Below, piece by piece: positions 39,388 to 52,100 of a stretch of DNA of 64,000 bases. Source of the DNA: Actinomycetales bacterium (GTDB lineage: Bacteria > Actinomycetota > Actinomycetes > Actinomycetales > CAVURS01); contig JBJMHS010000045.1 of assembly GCA_045807245.1 (NCBI GenBank), forward strand, positions 1 to 64,000, in the 5' to 3' direction. A program made the position numbers and the translations under genes. Position 1 is the stretch's first letter. Each line of letters opens with the position of its first letter. Below the pieces are notes generated by a model. The model made no database searches and had not been told where the DNA came from. It worked only from the letters and a program-made list of their open reading frames with translations.

Positions 39388-40764
39388 GTGAGCTCGGTGG
39401 TCCTCGAAGGCTGCGCCGTCGTCACGGTCGACGGCGCCGGGACGCGGTACGACGCCGGTCACGTCGTCGTACAGGACGGCCTCGTCGCCGCCGTCGGCCC
39501 CGGCCCGGCCCCCGACTCGACCGGCCTCGCCGGCGACGTGCGCCGGGTCGACGGGCGCCACTGCGTCCTCACTCCCGGCTTCGTCAACGTCCACCACCAC
39601 CTGTACCAGTGGGCCACTCGGGGCCTCGCCGTCGACGAGACGCTGTTCGGCTGGCTGACGGCCCTGTACCCCGTCTGGTCGGGCATCGACGAGGACATCA
39701 CGCGGGTCGCGTCCATCGGCGCGCTGGGCTGGCTCGCGCGAACCGGATGCACCACGACGACGGACCATCACTACCTGTTCCCGCGCGACGGCGGCGACCT
39801 CCTGGCAGCGACGGTCGATGCGGCCGGCACCGTGGGTCTGCGGTTCCACCCGACGCGGGGGTCGATGAACCTCGGGCGCAGCGACGGGGGGCTGCCGCCG
39901 GACGACGTCGTCGAGGACGCCGACGCGATCCTCAAGGCGAGCGTCGACGCGATCAGCCGGTTCCACGACCCCTCGGCCGGCGCGATGGTGCGGGTGGGGC
40001 TCGCGCCCTGCTCCCCGTTCTCCGTCACCGGCGACCTGATGCGCGAGTCGGCCGAGCTGGCCAGGCAGTACGGCGTCCGCCTCCACACGCACCTGTGCGA
40101 GACGCGGGACGAGGAGGACTTCTGCCAAGACCGTTTCGGCCTCCGGCCCATCGACTATGCCGAGTCTCTGGGCTGGCTCGGCCCGGACGTCTGGTTCGCC
40201 CACGCCGTGCATCTTTCGGACAGCGACATCGCCGTCCTCGCGGCCACCGGCACATCGGTGGCGCACTGCCCCTCGTCGAACGCGCGCCTGGGGTCAGGCA
40301 TCGCTCGCACCCGCGACCTGCGCGACGCCGGCGTCAGCGTCGGGCTCGGCGTCGACGGCGTGGCGTCCAACGAGGCGGGGTCGCTGCTGGAGGAGGTCCG
40401 GCATGCGCTGCTGTTCGCCCGCGCGCGCGGCGGGCCACAGGCGCTCACCGTGATGGATGCCCTAGAGCTCGCGACCATGGGCGGTGCGCGCGTCATCGGC
40501 CGCGAGGACGAGATCGGCTCGATCGAGGTCGGCAAGCAGGCCGACCTCGCATTGTGGCGGCTCGACACCATGGCCCACCACGACATCGACGACCCGGTCG
40601 CGGCCCTCGTGCTCGGTGCGCCACCTCCGCTGAATCTGCTTCTCGTGCAAGGGCGCCCAGTCATCGAGGGGGACCATCTGGTCACCGTCGACGAGTCCGA
40701 GATCGCTCGGTCCGTGCGAGCCGCCCACCAGACCTTGTTGGCCCGAGCCGATCGGAGGGCATGA
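39388..40764 (+). CDS. 8-oxoguanine deaminase-like amidohydrolase
   Basis: PGFVNVHHHLYQ, DHHY, PCSPFSV, HTHLCE, HCPSSN, GLGVDG.ASNE. Confidence 0.85.
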   Translation: MSSVVLEGCAVVTVDGAGTRYDAGHVVVQDGLVAAVGPGPAPDSTGLAGDVRRVDGRHCVLTPGFVNVHHHLYQWATRGLAVDETLFGWLTALYPVWSGIDEDITRVASIGALGWLARTGCTTTTDHHYLFPRDGGDLLAATVDAAGTVGLRFHPTRGSMNLGRSDGGLPPDDVVEDADAILKASVDAISRFHDPSAGAMVRVGLAPCSPFSVTGDLMRESAELARQYGVRLHTHLCETRDEEDFCQDRFGLRPIDYAESLGWLGPDVWFAHAVHLSDSDIAVLAATGTSVAHCPSSNARLGSGIARTRDLRDAGVSVGLGVDGVASNEAGSLLEEVRHALLFARARGGPQALTVMDALELATMGGARVIGREDEIGSIEVGKQADLALWRLDTMAHHDIDDPVAALVLGAPPPLNLLLVQGRPVIEGDHLVTVDESEIARSVRAAHQTLLARADRRA

Positions 40765-40765
40765 C

Positions 40766-41155
40766 ATGCCACTGATGTTCCTGAACGGCACCGGCATGTC
40801 CGGCCAGGCGACCCACTGGATCGTCGGCGACAGCCCGCTCGTCACGACGACCACCACCGCTCCGCGCTACCGGTTCCACGCAGTCGCCGGCGCGTACCCT
40901 GCGCTGGAGGACGTCGGTGAGGGCGGCAGCAGCGTCGTCGGAGAGGTGTACGACGTGTCGTACGAACAGTTCCGCGAGGTGTTGCTGCCCGCTGAGCCGC
41001 TCGGCCTCGAGCTCGGCGTCATCGAGCTGGCCGACGGCAGCGGCTCGTTCGCCATGGTGCTGCGGCGGCATCACATGCCGGGGGACGAGCTGGTCGACAT
41101 CAGCGAGCTGGGCTCGTGGCGCGACTACCAGGAACGGCAACGAAGAGAGGTCTGA
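40766..41155 (+). CDS. Gamma-glutamylcyclotransferase-fold protein resembling the allophanate hydrolase C-terminal domain
   Basis: FLNGTGMSG, TAPRYR, YPAL, VVGEVY, EPLGLELGVIELADGS, DISELGSWRDY. Confidence 0.7.
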   Translation: MPLMFLNGTGMSGQATHWIVGDSPLVTTTTTAPRYRFHAVAGAYPALEDVGEGGSSVVGEVYDVSYEQFREVLLPAEPLGLELGVIELADGSGSFAMVLRRHHMPGDELVDISELGSWRDYQERQRREV

Positions 41156-41158
41156 CGC

Positions 41159-42298
41159 ATGAGCAACGACATCACGGACGCGCCCGCCGGCAGTGCGTCG
41201 TACAGCGCCGGCTTCCGATCTCTCCCCGATCTCGCGGTCCGCTCCCTCGGCGGCAGTGTCGTCTGGGCCAACGACGAGGCCTTCGCCGAGCGCGAGAACC
41301 TCATCAAGCCTGAGCCACCGACGCACGACACGTCGACGTTCGGCCACAAGGGCAAGGTGTACGACGGGTGGGAGACCCGGCGTCGCCGCGAGCCGGGGTA
41401 CGACGAGGCCCTGATCCGGCTCGGCGCCCCGGGGACCATCCACGGCGTCGTGGTCGACACGGCGTTCTTCAAGGGGAACTACCCGCCCGAGGTTTCGGTG
41501 GACGCGGCGTCCTTCCCCGGCTACCCGACGGTCGCGGAGCTGCGCGAGTCGGACGCGTGGACGCCGATCGTCCCGCGGAGCAAGGCCGAGGGCCACACCG
41601 AGAACGTCTACGAGACGACGCCGGGCCGGCGCTGGACTCATGTGCGGCTGCGGATGTTCCCGGACGGCGGCATCGCGCGGCTGCGCGTGCACGGCGAGGC
41701 GGTCCCGGATCCCGAGCTGCTCGAAGCGGGTGCGGTAGACCTGGCCGCCCTGGAGAACGGCGGTCGGGTCGTCGGCTGCTCCAACCTGTTCTACAGCTCC
41801 CCGAACAACCTGATCAGCCCCGGGCAGGCGCGCAGCATGGGCGAGGGCTGGGAGACGGCCCGTCGGCGCGACGACGGCAACGACTGGGTGACGGTGCGCC
41901 TGGCGGCGGCCGGCCTGGTGCGGATGGCCGAGCTGGACACGTCGTACTTCAAGGGCAACGCGCCGGGTGAGGCGTCATTGTCCGGGTTCGATGCGCTCAC
42001 CCATCCGGGCGCCGGGGACATCGAGGACCCAGACCTGTGGTTCGACCTCATGCCGCGCCGCCCGCTGCAGCCGGACACCAGACACCGGTTCCTGGTCAAG
42101 AACGCACCGCGCGCCACGCACGTGCGCCTCGACGTGTTCCCGGACGGCGGCATGGCGCGGGTGCGGCTGTGGGGCGAGCTGGCCCCGGAGGGCCGGGCCG
42201 ATCTGGTCCGCCGCTGGCAGGACAGTGAGCGCGACGTCGGCCGCGTCGAGGACGTCGGCGGCGTGGACGGCGTGGCCGGCCGGCCGGCCGACGGCTAG
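41159..42298 (+). CDS. alc: Allantoicase
   Basis: Duplicated domain: DGWETRRRR / EGWETARRR, DTAFFKGN / DTSYFKGN, PDGG x2. Confidence 0.93.
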   Translation: MSNDITDAPAGSASYSAGFRSLPDLAVRSLGGSVVWANDEAFAERENLIKPEPPTHDTSTFGHKGKVYDGWETRRRREPGYDEALIRLGAPGTIHGVVVDTAFFKGNYPPEVSVDAASFPGYPTVAELRESDAWTPIVPRSKAEGHTENVYETTPGRRWTHVRLRMFPDGGIARLRVHGEAVPDPELLEAGAVDLAALENGGRVVGCSNLFYSSPNNLISPGQARSMGEGWETARRRDDGNDWVTVRLAAAGLVRMAELDTSYFKGNAPGEASLSGFDALTHPGAGDIEDPDLWFDLMPRRPLQPDTRHRFLVKNAPRATHVRLDVFPDGGMARVRLWGELAPEGRADLVRRWQDSERDVGRVEDVGGVDGVAGRPADG

Positions 42299-43092
42299 CG
42301 AGCGCCGTGCCGGCCGAGGTCCGTGACCAGGCTCTCCGTGGCCCTCACCAGGAGCGGGGCGATCCGGCCGACCCGGTCGGCCGTGACCCGGCTGGACGGA
42401 CCGGAGACCGACAAGGCCGCGCTCCCGGGCATCTGGCTCGGTACGGCGGCCGCCACACACCGCACGCCGGCCTCCTGTTCCCCGTCGTCGATGGCGTATC
42501 CGCGGCGCCGGATGACCGCCAGCTCGGCCACCAGCCGGTCGGGCGACGTGACCGTGCGGTCGGTCTGCGCGGGCATGCCGGTGCGCGCCAGGATCGCCCG
42601 GACCTGGTCGTCGGGGAGGGTCGACAACAGCGCCTTGCCGACGCCCGTGCAGTGCGGCAGGACCCGACGGCCGACCTCGGTGAACATCCGCATCGAGTGC
42701 GGCGAAGGCACCTGCGCGACGTACACGACCGCGTCGCCGTCGAGCACCGCCATGTTGGCCGTCTCGCCGATCTGCTCCACCAGCTGCTTGAGGTGCGGCA
42801 CCGCCCAGTCGCCGAGCAGCCGCCCGGCCGACGCACCGAGCCGGATCAGGCCGGGCCCCAGGGCATAGCGGCGGGACGGCAGCTGCCGGACGTACCCGCT
42901 CGCGACCAGGCTGCGGATGAGCCGGTGGATCGTCGGGAGCGGCAGCCCCGTGACGAGGGCCAGGTCGGAGATGCCGGCAGCGCCACCGCTGTCGGCCAGG
43001 CGCTCGAGCAGGCCGAACGCGCGCTCGACCGACTGCACCGACTGTGGGGACTGCACCGACTGCGGGGACTGCCTGCGCTGCTCGACGGCCAT
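42295..43092 (-). CDS. IclR-family regulator (AllR-like)
   Basis: VQSVERAF, LPLPTIHRL, YALGP, GETAN, MRMFTEVG, HCTGVGKA, GYAIDDGEQE. Confidence 0.92.
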   Translation of the reverse strand: MAVEQRRQSPQSVQSPQSVQSVERAFGLLERLADSGGAAGISDLALVTGLPLPTIHRLIRSLVASGYVRQLPSRRYALGPGLIRLGASAGRLLGDWAVPHLKQLVEQIGETANMAVLDGDAVVYVAQVPSPHSMRMFTEVGRRVLPHCTGVGKALLSTLPDDQVRAILARTGMPAQTDRTVTSPDRLVAELAVIRRRGYAIDDGEQEAGVRCVAAAVPSQMPGSAALSVSGPSSRVTADRVGRIAPLLVRATESLVTDLGRHGAR

Positions 43093-43112
43093 GGTCGCTC
43101 CCTGGTACGGTC

Positions 43113-43151
43113 TTTCCGTCACCCGATAATCGTTTTCCGTGTGCCGGAAAA
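43113..43151. promoter_or_regulatory. Palindromic operator candidate for the IclR regulator
   Basis: TTTTCCG-TGTGC-CGGAAAA at 43133-43151 plus degenerate TTTCCG-TCACC-CGATAA at 43113-43129, between divergent IclR and hyi. Confidence 0.6.
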
Positions 43152-43203
43152 CTAGCAGGCGGTCCGACTCGACCGCAAGTACGACCCGGACGGGAGAAGC
43201 CCG

Positions 43204-44019
43204 ATGTCGCACAGCCTCAGGTACGCCGTGAACTGCTCGATCCTGTTCAGCGAGCTGCCGCTGCTCGAGCGTCCCGCAGCGGTGAAGGCCGCGGGGTTCG
43301 ATGCAGTCGAGTTCTGGTGGCCCTTCGCCGAGGCCGTGCCCTCCGACGGCGACGTCGACGCCTTCGTATCGGCGGTGCAGGACGCGGGGGTACACCTCAC
43401 CGGGCTGAACTTCTTCGCCGGCGACATGCCGGGCGGCGACCGCGGCCTCGTGTCGTGGCCGGGTCGGGAGCGCGAGTTCCTCGACAACATCGACGTCGTC
43501 GTCGCGATCGCGGAGCGGCTGGGCACGAGAGCGTTCAACGCCCTGTATGGCAACCGCGTCGACCACTCGACAGCCGAGGCGCAGGACGAGCTCGCGATCG
43601 AGAACCTCGCGGCCGCCGCCAAGGCGGTCGGCAACCTCGGCGGCGTGGTGCTGGTCGAGCCGGTCAGCGGTGCGCCGCGCTATCCGATCCTGACGGCGGC
43701 GGAGGCGCTCGCCGTACTCGACCGCACTCGTCGGGCCGGGGTGGACAACGTCCGCCTGCTGTGCGACCTGTACCACCTGGCGACCAACGGCGACGCCTTC
43801 GAAAACGCTGTCGACGCGGTCCGATTGATCGGTCACGTCCAGATTGCCGACGCCCCGGGTCGCGGGGAGCCCGGGACCGGCGAGCTGGACCTGGACGGCG
43901 ACCTGTCGACGCTGCAGGCCGGCGGGTACGCCGGCTACGTCGGGCTGGAGTACAAGCCCACCACGACCACCGAGGAGAGCCTGGCCTGGCTGCCTCGCGA
44001 GAGGAGAGCATCCGCATGA
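43204..44019 (+). CDS. hyi: Hydroxypyruvate isomerase
   Basis: NCSILFSE, AGFDAVEFWWP, DLYHL, GHVQIADAPGRGEPGTGE, VGLEY. Confidence 0.92.
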   Translation: MSHSLRYAVNCSILFSELPLLERPAAVKAAGFDAVEFWWPFAEAVPSDGDVDAFVSAVQDAGVHLTGLNFFAGDMPGGDRGLVSWPGREREFLDNIDVVVAIAERLGTRAFNALYGNRVDHSTAEAQDELAIENLAAAAKAVGNLGGVVLVEPVSGAPRYPILTAAEALAVLDRTRRAGVDNVRLLCDLYHLATNGDAFENAVDAVRLIGHVQIADAPGRGEPGTGELDLDGDLSTLQAGGYAGYVGLEYKPTTTTEESLAWLPRERRASA

Positions 44020-44924
44020 GCACCATCGCCTTCATCGGCCTCGGCATCATGGGCGGCCCGATGGCCGGCCACCTGGTGAAGGCCGGTCACGACGTCGTCG
44101 GATACAACCTGAGCCGTCCGCCGGTCGACCGTCTGGTCGAGGCCGGCGGGCGCGGTGCCGACAGCATCGGCGACGCGGTCCGCGACGCGGACGTCGTCAT
44201 CACGATGGTGCCGGACAGCCCGGACGTCGAGCTGGTCGCCCTCGGCGAGGATGGCATCTTCGACAACGCCAAGCCGGGCACGCTGTACATCGACTGCTCG
44301 TCGATCCGGCCCGACGTGTCGGCGCGAGTCGCCGCCACGGGCGCGGCTCGCGGGTTCCGCGTGGTCGACGCGCCGGTCAGCGGCGGCGACGTCGGTGCGA
44401 TCAACGCCACCCTGTCGATCATGGTCGGCGGAGACGCGGACGACGTCGCGGCCGCGATGCCGATCCTGGAGTCGGTGGGCCAGACGATCGTCCACGTCGG
44501 ACCGGCCGGCGCCGGCCAGACGGTCAAGGCCGCGAACCAGCTCATCGTCGCCGGCACCATCGAGCTGGTCGCCGAGTCGATCGTCTTCCTCGAGGCGTAC
44601 GGCGTGGATCTGGAAGCCGCGATCAAGGTGCTCGCGGGCGGCCTGGCCGGCAACCAGATCCTCGAGCGCAAAGCCCCGAACATGCTCAAGCGAGAGTTTG
44701 CGCCGGGCTTCCGGATCGACCTGCACCACAAGGACATGGGCATCGTCACCTCGGCCGCGCGCGAGGCCGGAGTCGCCATCCCTCTCGGTGCCCTGACCGC
44801 CCAGCTCGTCGGCGCCGCCCGCGCCGTCGGCCATGGCGGCCTGGACCACTCGGCCCTGCTACTGCTCGTCGAGCAGCTCTCGGGCCGGGGCAGTACCTCA
44901 CCCACGACCCCGAACGGAGGCTGA
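44016..44924 (+). CDS. glxR: 2-hydroxy-3-oxopropionate (tartronate semialdehyde) reductase
   Basis: [38 protein letters not shown]. Confidence 0.92.
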   Translation: MSTIAFIGLGIMGGPMAGHLVKAGHDVVGYNLSRPPVDRLVEAGGRGADSIGDAVRDADVVITMVPDSPDVELVALGEDGIFDNAKPGTLYIDCSSIRPDVSARVAATGAARGFRVVDAPVSGGDVGAINATLSIMVGGDADDVAAAMPILESVGQTIVHVGPAGAGQTVKAANQLIVAGTIELVAESIVFLEAYGVDLEAAIKVLAGGLAGNQILERKAPNMLKREFAPGFRIDLHHKDMGIVTSAAREAGVAIPLGALTAQLVGAARAVGHGGLDHSALLLLVEQLSGRGSTSPTTPNGG

Positions 44925-44925
44925 C

Positions 44926-46701
<1,776 letters not shown>

Positions 46702-46723
46702 CCCCGACGGCCGGCCCAACCCG

Positions 46724-47881
46724 ATGGACAGCGACGGCGACACACAGCCGCAGGGGCGGCGCACCGGACACGTGGTCGTGGCCCCGGACAAGTTCAAGGG
46801 GTCACTGACCGCGGCCGAGGTCGGCGCTGCCGTGGCGGCCGGACTGCACGCCGTACAGCCCCAGCTGGACATCGTGGTGCTGCCGGTCGCGGACGGCGGC
46901 GACGGCACGCTGGACGCGGCACTCAGCGCCGGCTTCCGGCGGGTGGAGGTGGAGGTGGCCGGGCCTATGGGTGACCCGGTGTCGGCCGCGGTCGGTGTCC
47001 GCGAGCGGGTCGCAGTGGTCGAGCTGGCCCTCGCCTCCGGTCTGGTCCTCCTGCCTCCCGATGCGCTGGAGCCCTTGGGCGCCAACAGTTTCGGCACCGG
47101 ACAGCTGGTCCTCGCCGCGCTCAACGCCGGCTGTACGACGATCGTCCTCGGCGTGGGCGGGAGCGCGAGCACGGACGGCGGAGCCGGCCTGCTGCGCGCC
47201 CTCGGCGCGCGACTGCTCGATGCCGACGGCGACGACCTACCCCTCGGCGGCGGAGCGCTCGACGGCCTCGCCAAGGTGGACCGGTCCGGCCTGGACCCGC
47301 GGCTGGCATCGGTCGAGTTCATCCTGGCCAGTGACGTCGACAACCCGCTCCTCGGCCCACGTGGCGCGGCTGCCGTGTACGGACCACAGAAGGGCGCCGA
47401 CCCCGATGACGTCGAGCTGCTCGAAGCCGGCCTGACCCGGTGGGCCGACGTGCTCGACCGAGCTGCCGCGGACCGGCCAGGCGCGGGAGCGGCGGGCGGC
47501 GTCGGGTACGCCGTGATGGCCGTCCTGGGAGCCACCCAACGGCCGGGCATCGACGTGGTGCTCGACCTGGTGCGGTTCCATGACCAGCTCGCCGGCGCAC
47601 GGCTCGTCGTCACGGGCGAGGGCCGGCTCGACGAGCAGACGCTGCACGGCAAGGCGCCCGCCGGGGTAGCGGCTGCGGCCAGGACAGCGGGCGTGCCGGT
47701 CGTCGCTGTCTCCGGCGGCCGCGACCTCGACGACGACCGGCTGTACGCAGCCGGGTTCGCGGCGGCCTACGCCTGCACGGACATCGAGCCCGATGTGCAA
47801 AGGTGCATCGACGAGCCGATCCCGCTGCTCGAGCGCCTGGGCCGCAGCATCGCCGAGGAACAGCTCAGCACCGACACGTGA
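46724..47881 (+). CDS. glxK: Glycerate kinase
   Basis: APDKFKGSL, PVADGGDGT, GGSASTDGG, DVDNPLLG, TGEGRLDEQT. Confidence 0.93.
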   Translation: MDSDGDTQPQGRRTGHVVVAPDKFKGSLTAAEVGAAVAAGLHAVQPQLDIVVLPVADGGDGTLDAALSAGFRRVEVEVAGPMGDPVSAAVGVRERVAVVELALASGLVLLPPDALEPLGANSFGTGQLVLAALNAGCTTIVLGVGGSASTDGGAGLLRALGARLLDADGDDLPLGGGALDGLAKVDRSGLDPRLASVEFILASDVDNPLLGPRGAAAVYGPQKGADPDDVELLEAGLTRWADVLDRAAADRPGAGAAGGVGYAVMAVLGATQRPGIDVVLDLVRFHDQLAGARLVVTGEGRLDEQTLHGKAPAGVAAAARTAGVPVVAVSGGRDLDDDRLYAAGFAAAYACTDIEPDVQRCIDEPIPLLERLGRSIAEEQLSTDT

Positions 47882-47891
47882 CGAGGGCCGA

Positions 47892-49112
47892 ATGAGCAGT
47901 GGCGCGACGTCGCTGTGGAGGTTGCCCGCCGTACGTCATCTCGTCGTGGTGTCCGTGCTCGGGTTCGCGAGCTTCTGCCTGACCCTCGCGTCGTTGCCGT
48001 TGTGGGCTGTCCGCGGCGGTGCCAGCGCGGCCACGGCCGGACTGGTCACGACCGTCATGCTCGTCACGACCGTCGTCACGCAGGCGCTCGTGCCCGCGAT
48101 GATCGTGCGGTTCGGCAGCGGCCCCGCGCTGGCCCTCGGGCTGCTGCTGCTCGGTGCACCTGCACCGCTGTATGCCCTGTCCTCACATCTGACCTTGTTG
48201 CTCGTCGTGTCGGCGGTGCGCGGGACCGGCTTCGCGCTCCTGACCGTCATCGGCGCGACTCTGACCGGAGCCGTGGCACCGGCCGCCCGGCACGGCGAGG
48301 CGGTCGGTCTGTACGGCCTGGCCATCGCCGTACCCAACCTGGTCGGCATCCCGGCCGGTGTCGCGCTGACCCAGACGGGTCACTTCAGCCTGGCCGCGAC
48401 ACTGGCGGCCAGCCCGGTCCTGGCCCTGCCGTCGGCCGTGCGCGTCGGGAGGCGCAGCGACCTCGCCGCGGACGCGTCCGGAGCGGCTGGCGAGGCAACC
48501 GCCGAGGCGGGCGGCGCGGTGGGCGCGGTGTCGCACCGGACCGTGATCGGGGTGACGCTGCGGCCGTCCCTGGTCCTGCTCGTCGTCACGGCGGCGGGCG
48601 GTGGCCTGGTCACCTTCCTCCCGATCGAGCGCTCATCGGGGTCGCTCGCGACGGTCGCGCTGCTCGTGTTCGGTACGACGGCGGCGCTGGCCCGCTGGCG
48701 CGCGGGCGTGCTCGTCGACCGGGCCGGACCGCGGCTGCTGCTCCCGGCTGCACTGACCGCGGCCGTGACCGGGCTCTTCGGCGTCGCGCTGTGCCTGCTC
48801 GGCGGCCGGTCCTTCGACCCGGTGCTGTTGGTGGCCGCTGCTCTGTTCGGGCTCGGCTACGGCGGCATCCAGAACCTCACGCTGGTCGTGGCGTTCGCCC
48901 GCGCGGGGAGCGGAGGGGCCGCGACCGCGAGCGCACTGTGGAACGCGTCCTTCGACTTCGGTACGGCGCTCGGCGCGTTCGGCGTCGGCGCGCTCGCGGA
49001 GACCGGACTCGGCCTGCCTTGGGCGTTGGCCGTGTCAGCCGGCCTGATGCTGCTCGGCGGCCCGCTGGCCGTCGGCCTGGGTACCACCGGCCGTCGGTTC
49101 GACGCCGGCTAG
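47892..49112 (+). CDS. MFS transporter
   Basis: About 12 hydrophobic segments; GVLVDRAGPR motif-A-like; FDFGTALG. Confidence 0.85.
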   Translation: MSSGATSLWRLPAVRHLVVVSVLGFASFCLTLASLPLWAVRGGASAATAGLVTTVMLVTTVVTQALVPAMIVRFGSGPALALGLLLLGAPAPLYALSSHLTLLLVVSAVRGTGFALLTVIGATLTGAVAPAARHGEAVGLYGLAIAVPNLVGIPAGVALTQTGHFSLAATLAASPVLALPSAVRVGRRSDLAADASGAAGEATAEAGGAVGAVSHRTVIGVTLRPSLVLLVVTAAGGGLVTFLPIERSSGSLATVALLVFGTTAALARWRAGVLVDRAGPRLLLPAALTAAVTGLFGVALCLLGGRSFDPVLLVAAALFGLGYGGIQNLTLVVAFARAGSGGAATASALWNASFDFGTALGAFGVGALAETGLGLPWALAVSAGLMLLGGPLAVGLGTTGRRFDAG

Positions 49113-52100
49113 GTCGATCGGACCCGAGCCGGCGAGGAAGTCCGCGTTGGCCAGCAGGGCGCGGTCGACGAGGTACTGACCGAGCCGGCGGTAGGACTCG
49201 AACTCGAGGTCGCCGAAGTCCTGCCGTCCCGTCGACGTCCGGGGGAATGTCGCGTCCCGCGTCGCGAACGAGCGGATGTCGATCGGCATCCGCTGGTCGA
49301 CCGGCGGGTAGGAGCCGTTGGCCTTGACGCCGGCGAGCGGCCAGTCCGCCGTCGTCAGCGACGCGCGTACGACCAGGACGTCGATCTCGCCGTTGCCGTC
49401 CGGGCGCACGGCCTTCAGCCGCATCCAGGTGTCCTGCTCGTCGCGGCCGACCACACGCAGGTCGATGTCGAGGTCCGCACGCAGCACCGAGACTGCGGCG
49501 CCGACGTCCTGCCACGAGCCGGGTGCGTCGTTGCTGGCACTCATGGCCAGCACCCGGTCGGGCAGGCGGCGAACAGCTTCGACCAAGCCGAGGTTGTCGA
49601 GGTGACCTCCGTCGGTGAGGTAGATCCAGCGGTCGTCGACGGTGGTCGAGCCGAACGCCTCACTGAACAGCTGATGGAAGCGCGGTTGGGTCGCCATCGG
49701 GGCCCAGCCCGGCGCCGGCGGCTCACCCAGCGGCCAGCGCGGGTTCATCACCCAGACCCCGAGCCGCACGTTGAACAGGGTGAGCAGCAGGCGGAACGGC
49801 GCGACCTTGCCGCCCATGCGTCCCATCATCGGGCTCACGGCCGCGCCACTCATCGCGCTGGCCGCCATCACCGTGAGCAGTGGCCCGCGCGGGTCGTCCT
49901 CCACGTCGGCGGTCCGCTGGTAGCCGAGACCGGGGACGAGGCCATCCGACTCGAGCCGGACGAGCGTCGAGCTGAACGTCATGGGCACGCCGAACCGGCG
50001 GGTGGGTACGACGCGCTGGTCGTTGATGTTCGCCGTCGAGCAGAGGACGAGCTCGGGCGCCGGCTCGAGCCGGGACAGCTTGTAGGCCACGGAGTACGGC
50101 AGGTTCCGCGCGACCCGCTGGTCGGCGTTGTCGCGCCCGACCGCGAACGCCGACGACAGCCGCTCGCGGTAGAACTCGTGCACCGACGTGAGGTTCGGGT
50201 TAACCAGCTGCACCACGATGGCGAACATGATGAGCAGAGCCGGCACGACCAGGCTCTGGGTCGGGCCGCTCACGGTGTACTGGTAGGTCCACAGCGCGAC
50301 CAGCCAGACCGCCAGCAGCCCGACGGCGGCAATGGGCAGACGCAGCAGCAGCCATCGCCGTACCGCCGCGAGCCTGCCGGCCGCGGACTTGGAGACCGAC
50401 GTGAACGACCTGCGCAGGCTGCCCAAGGCCGCCGCGACGACGAGGAACACCGACACCAGCTGTCCACTGACACCTTGCTTGGAGGGCGCTCCACCGACGG
50501 CCGCGATGGCTCGGCCGCGGTCGTACGTGTCCGCCTGACCGGGCACGTACGTCAGGCTCCCCGAGACTCCGCAGCCGCCGTACGAGGCGGACTGGGTGCG
50601 CTGCGACAGCTGGCCGCTCCGGACGGTCGAGGCGTGAGCGGAGTCCGCGGATCGGCCGATGGCGTCGGCGCAGGCCGACTCACGCGTCAGGCCGAGCGAC
50701 ACGATTGTCTTGGCCACCAACGGCGCCGGGTCGTTGCCGTACGCCATGCGGCTCAGCCCGACCACGATCGCCGGCAGCAGGACCATGGCGGCGAGCGCGG
50801 CGAGGAGCACGTGGCTGGTGGTTGCTAGCGACCGGGCCCACAGGGCCGAGCTCGGTGCCTTGACGTCGCTGCCGCGCCGCAGGATCTGCAGGAAGAGCAG
50901 CACCGCGATGACCGCGACGGCGGCGATCCACAGGAACGTGGACGCATACCACTGCCAGCGATCGGGCGTGGACAGGTTGAGGTGCGGGCGGTCGGTGTCC
51001 AGCCCGTCCACCACACCGACGGCGGACCAGTACCAGCCGAGCAGCCACGCGAAGAACCGCAGGGCCATCACGACCAGGAACAGGTTGATGAGCGCGCCAC
51101 CGACCAGCTGCCACAGCCCGCTGACCGTGCGCCAGGGCGGCTGGAAGATGTAGCGGCTGTTGCGCCGCAGGTAGGCCAGCTCGGGTGACGTTGCTGAGTA
51201 GACGTCGGTGATGGGCGGGAGCGGCTTCGGCGGTGCCGGGGCGTTGGGCGGGACGGCGTCACCGGCGAACGACCGGGTGAGGGAGATGGCTGAGGCGGCG
51301 TAGCCGCCGCCGGACACCGCGACCATGGCGTCGACGTTCGTGATCGCCGGTTGAGCCTGCACCGCATTGAACCCGCCGAAGCAGAACGACGCCGAACGCA
51401 GCCCACCGCCGGAGAACGCGAGGACGAGGGGCTTCTTGGCCGCCTCCTGGCGCCGGTCGCTCTCCAGCTCGCGCGGACCGGTGCCGGCCTCCGGGTCCGC
51501 CCCCCGCGAGGTCTCGACCGGCGCCGTACGCCGGCTGGTCTCCGCCGAGCGCGCAGGCAGCGTCTGGGTCTCGGACTGCACACCGTCCGGCGGCACGACG
51601 GCCGGCCGGGCCAGCCGACGCGTCATCCAGGAGAGCAGGACCGTGACGAGGGCCAGCGCCACGGTGCCGCCAGTGATCGCCCACACCGCGGCCATCACGT
51701 CGGACCGCTCGGTTGCGTACACCTGCAGACCCTCGGTGACGTTCCGGAGCTCGACATGGCAGGCGAGCAGCACGATCACGAAGGCGGCGACCGGCACCAG
51801 CGTGAGCAGCCAGCCGACCGGCCGCCAGCCCCGTCCCTCACCTCGATGACCGCCACGTCCGCGCATCGCCGGCCGGTAGCCGCTGAGCGTCCGCCGTCCC
51901 TGCACGAGCCGCCCGGCGCAGACCTGCGCCGTCACGAACGCGACCAGCAGGAACACGCCCTCGAGCAGCAACGCCGACAGCCGCGCGTACTCGCGCGGCG
52001 GCCGGCTGCGGCCCGCGGCGATCGCGGCGACACCCACGGCGAGGACGACCAAGGTGATGGCCAGTCCGCGCGACCGCTTCGCTTCGGCATCGCGCGCGAT

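Noticed and set aside
43030..43072. 18-bp tandem duplication (QSPQSV x2) in the IclR N-terminus; similar PAPEQSA duplication at ~35071-35121
   Set aside because: Short in-frame slippage in likely disordered termini with no evidence of function.
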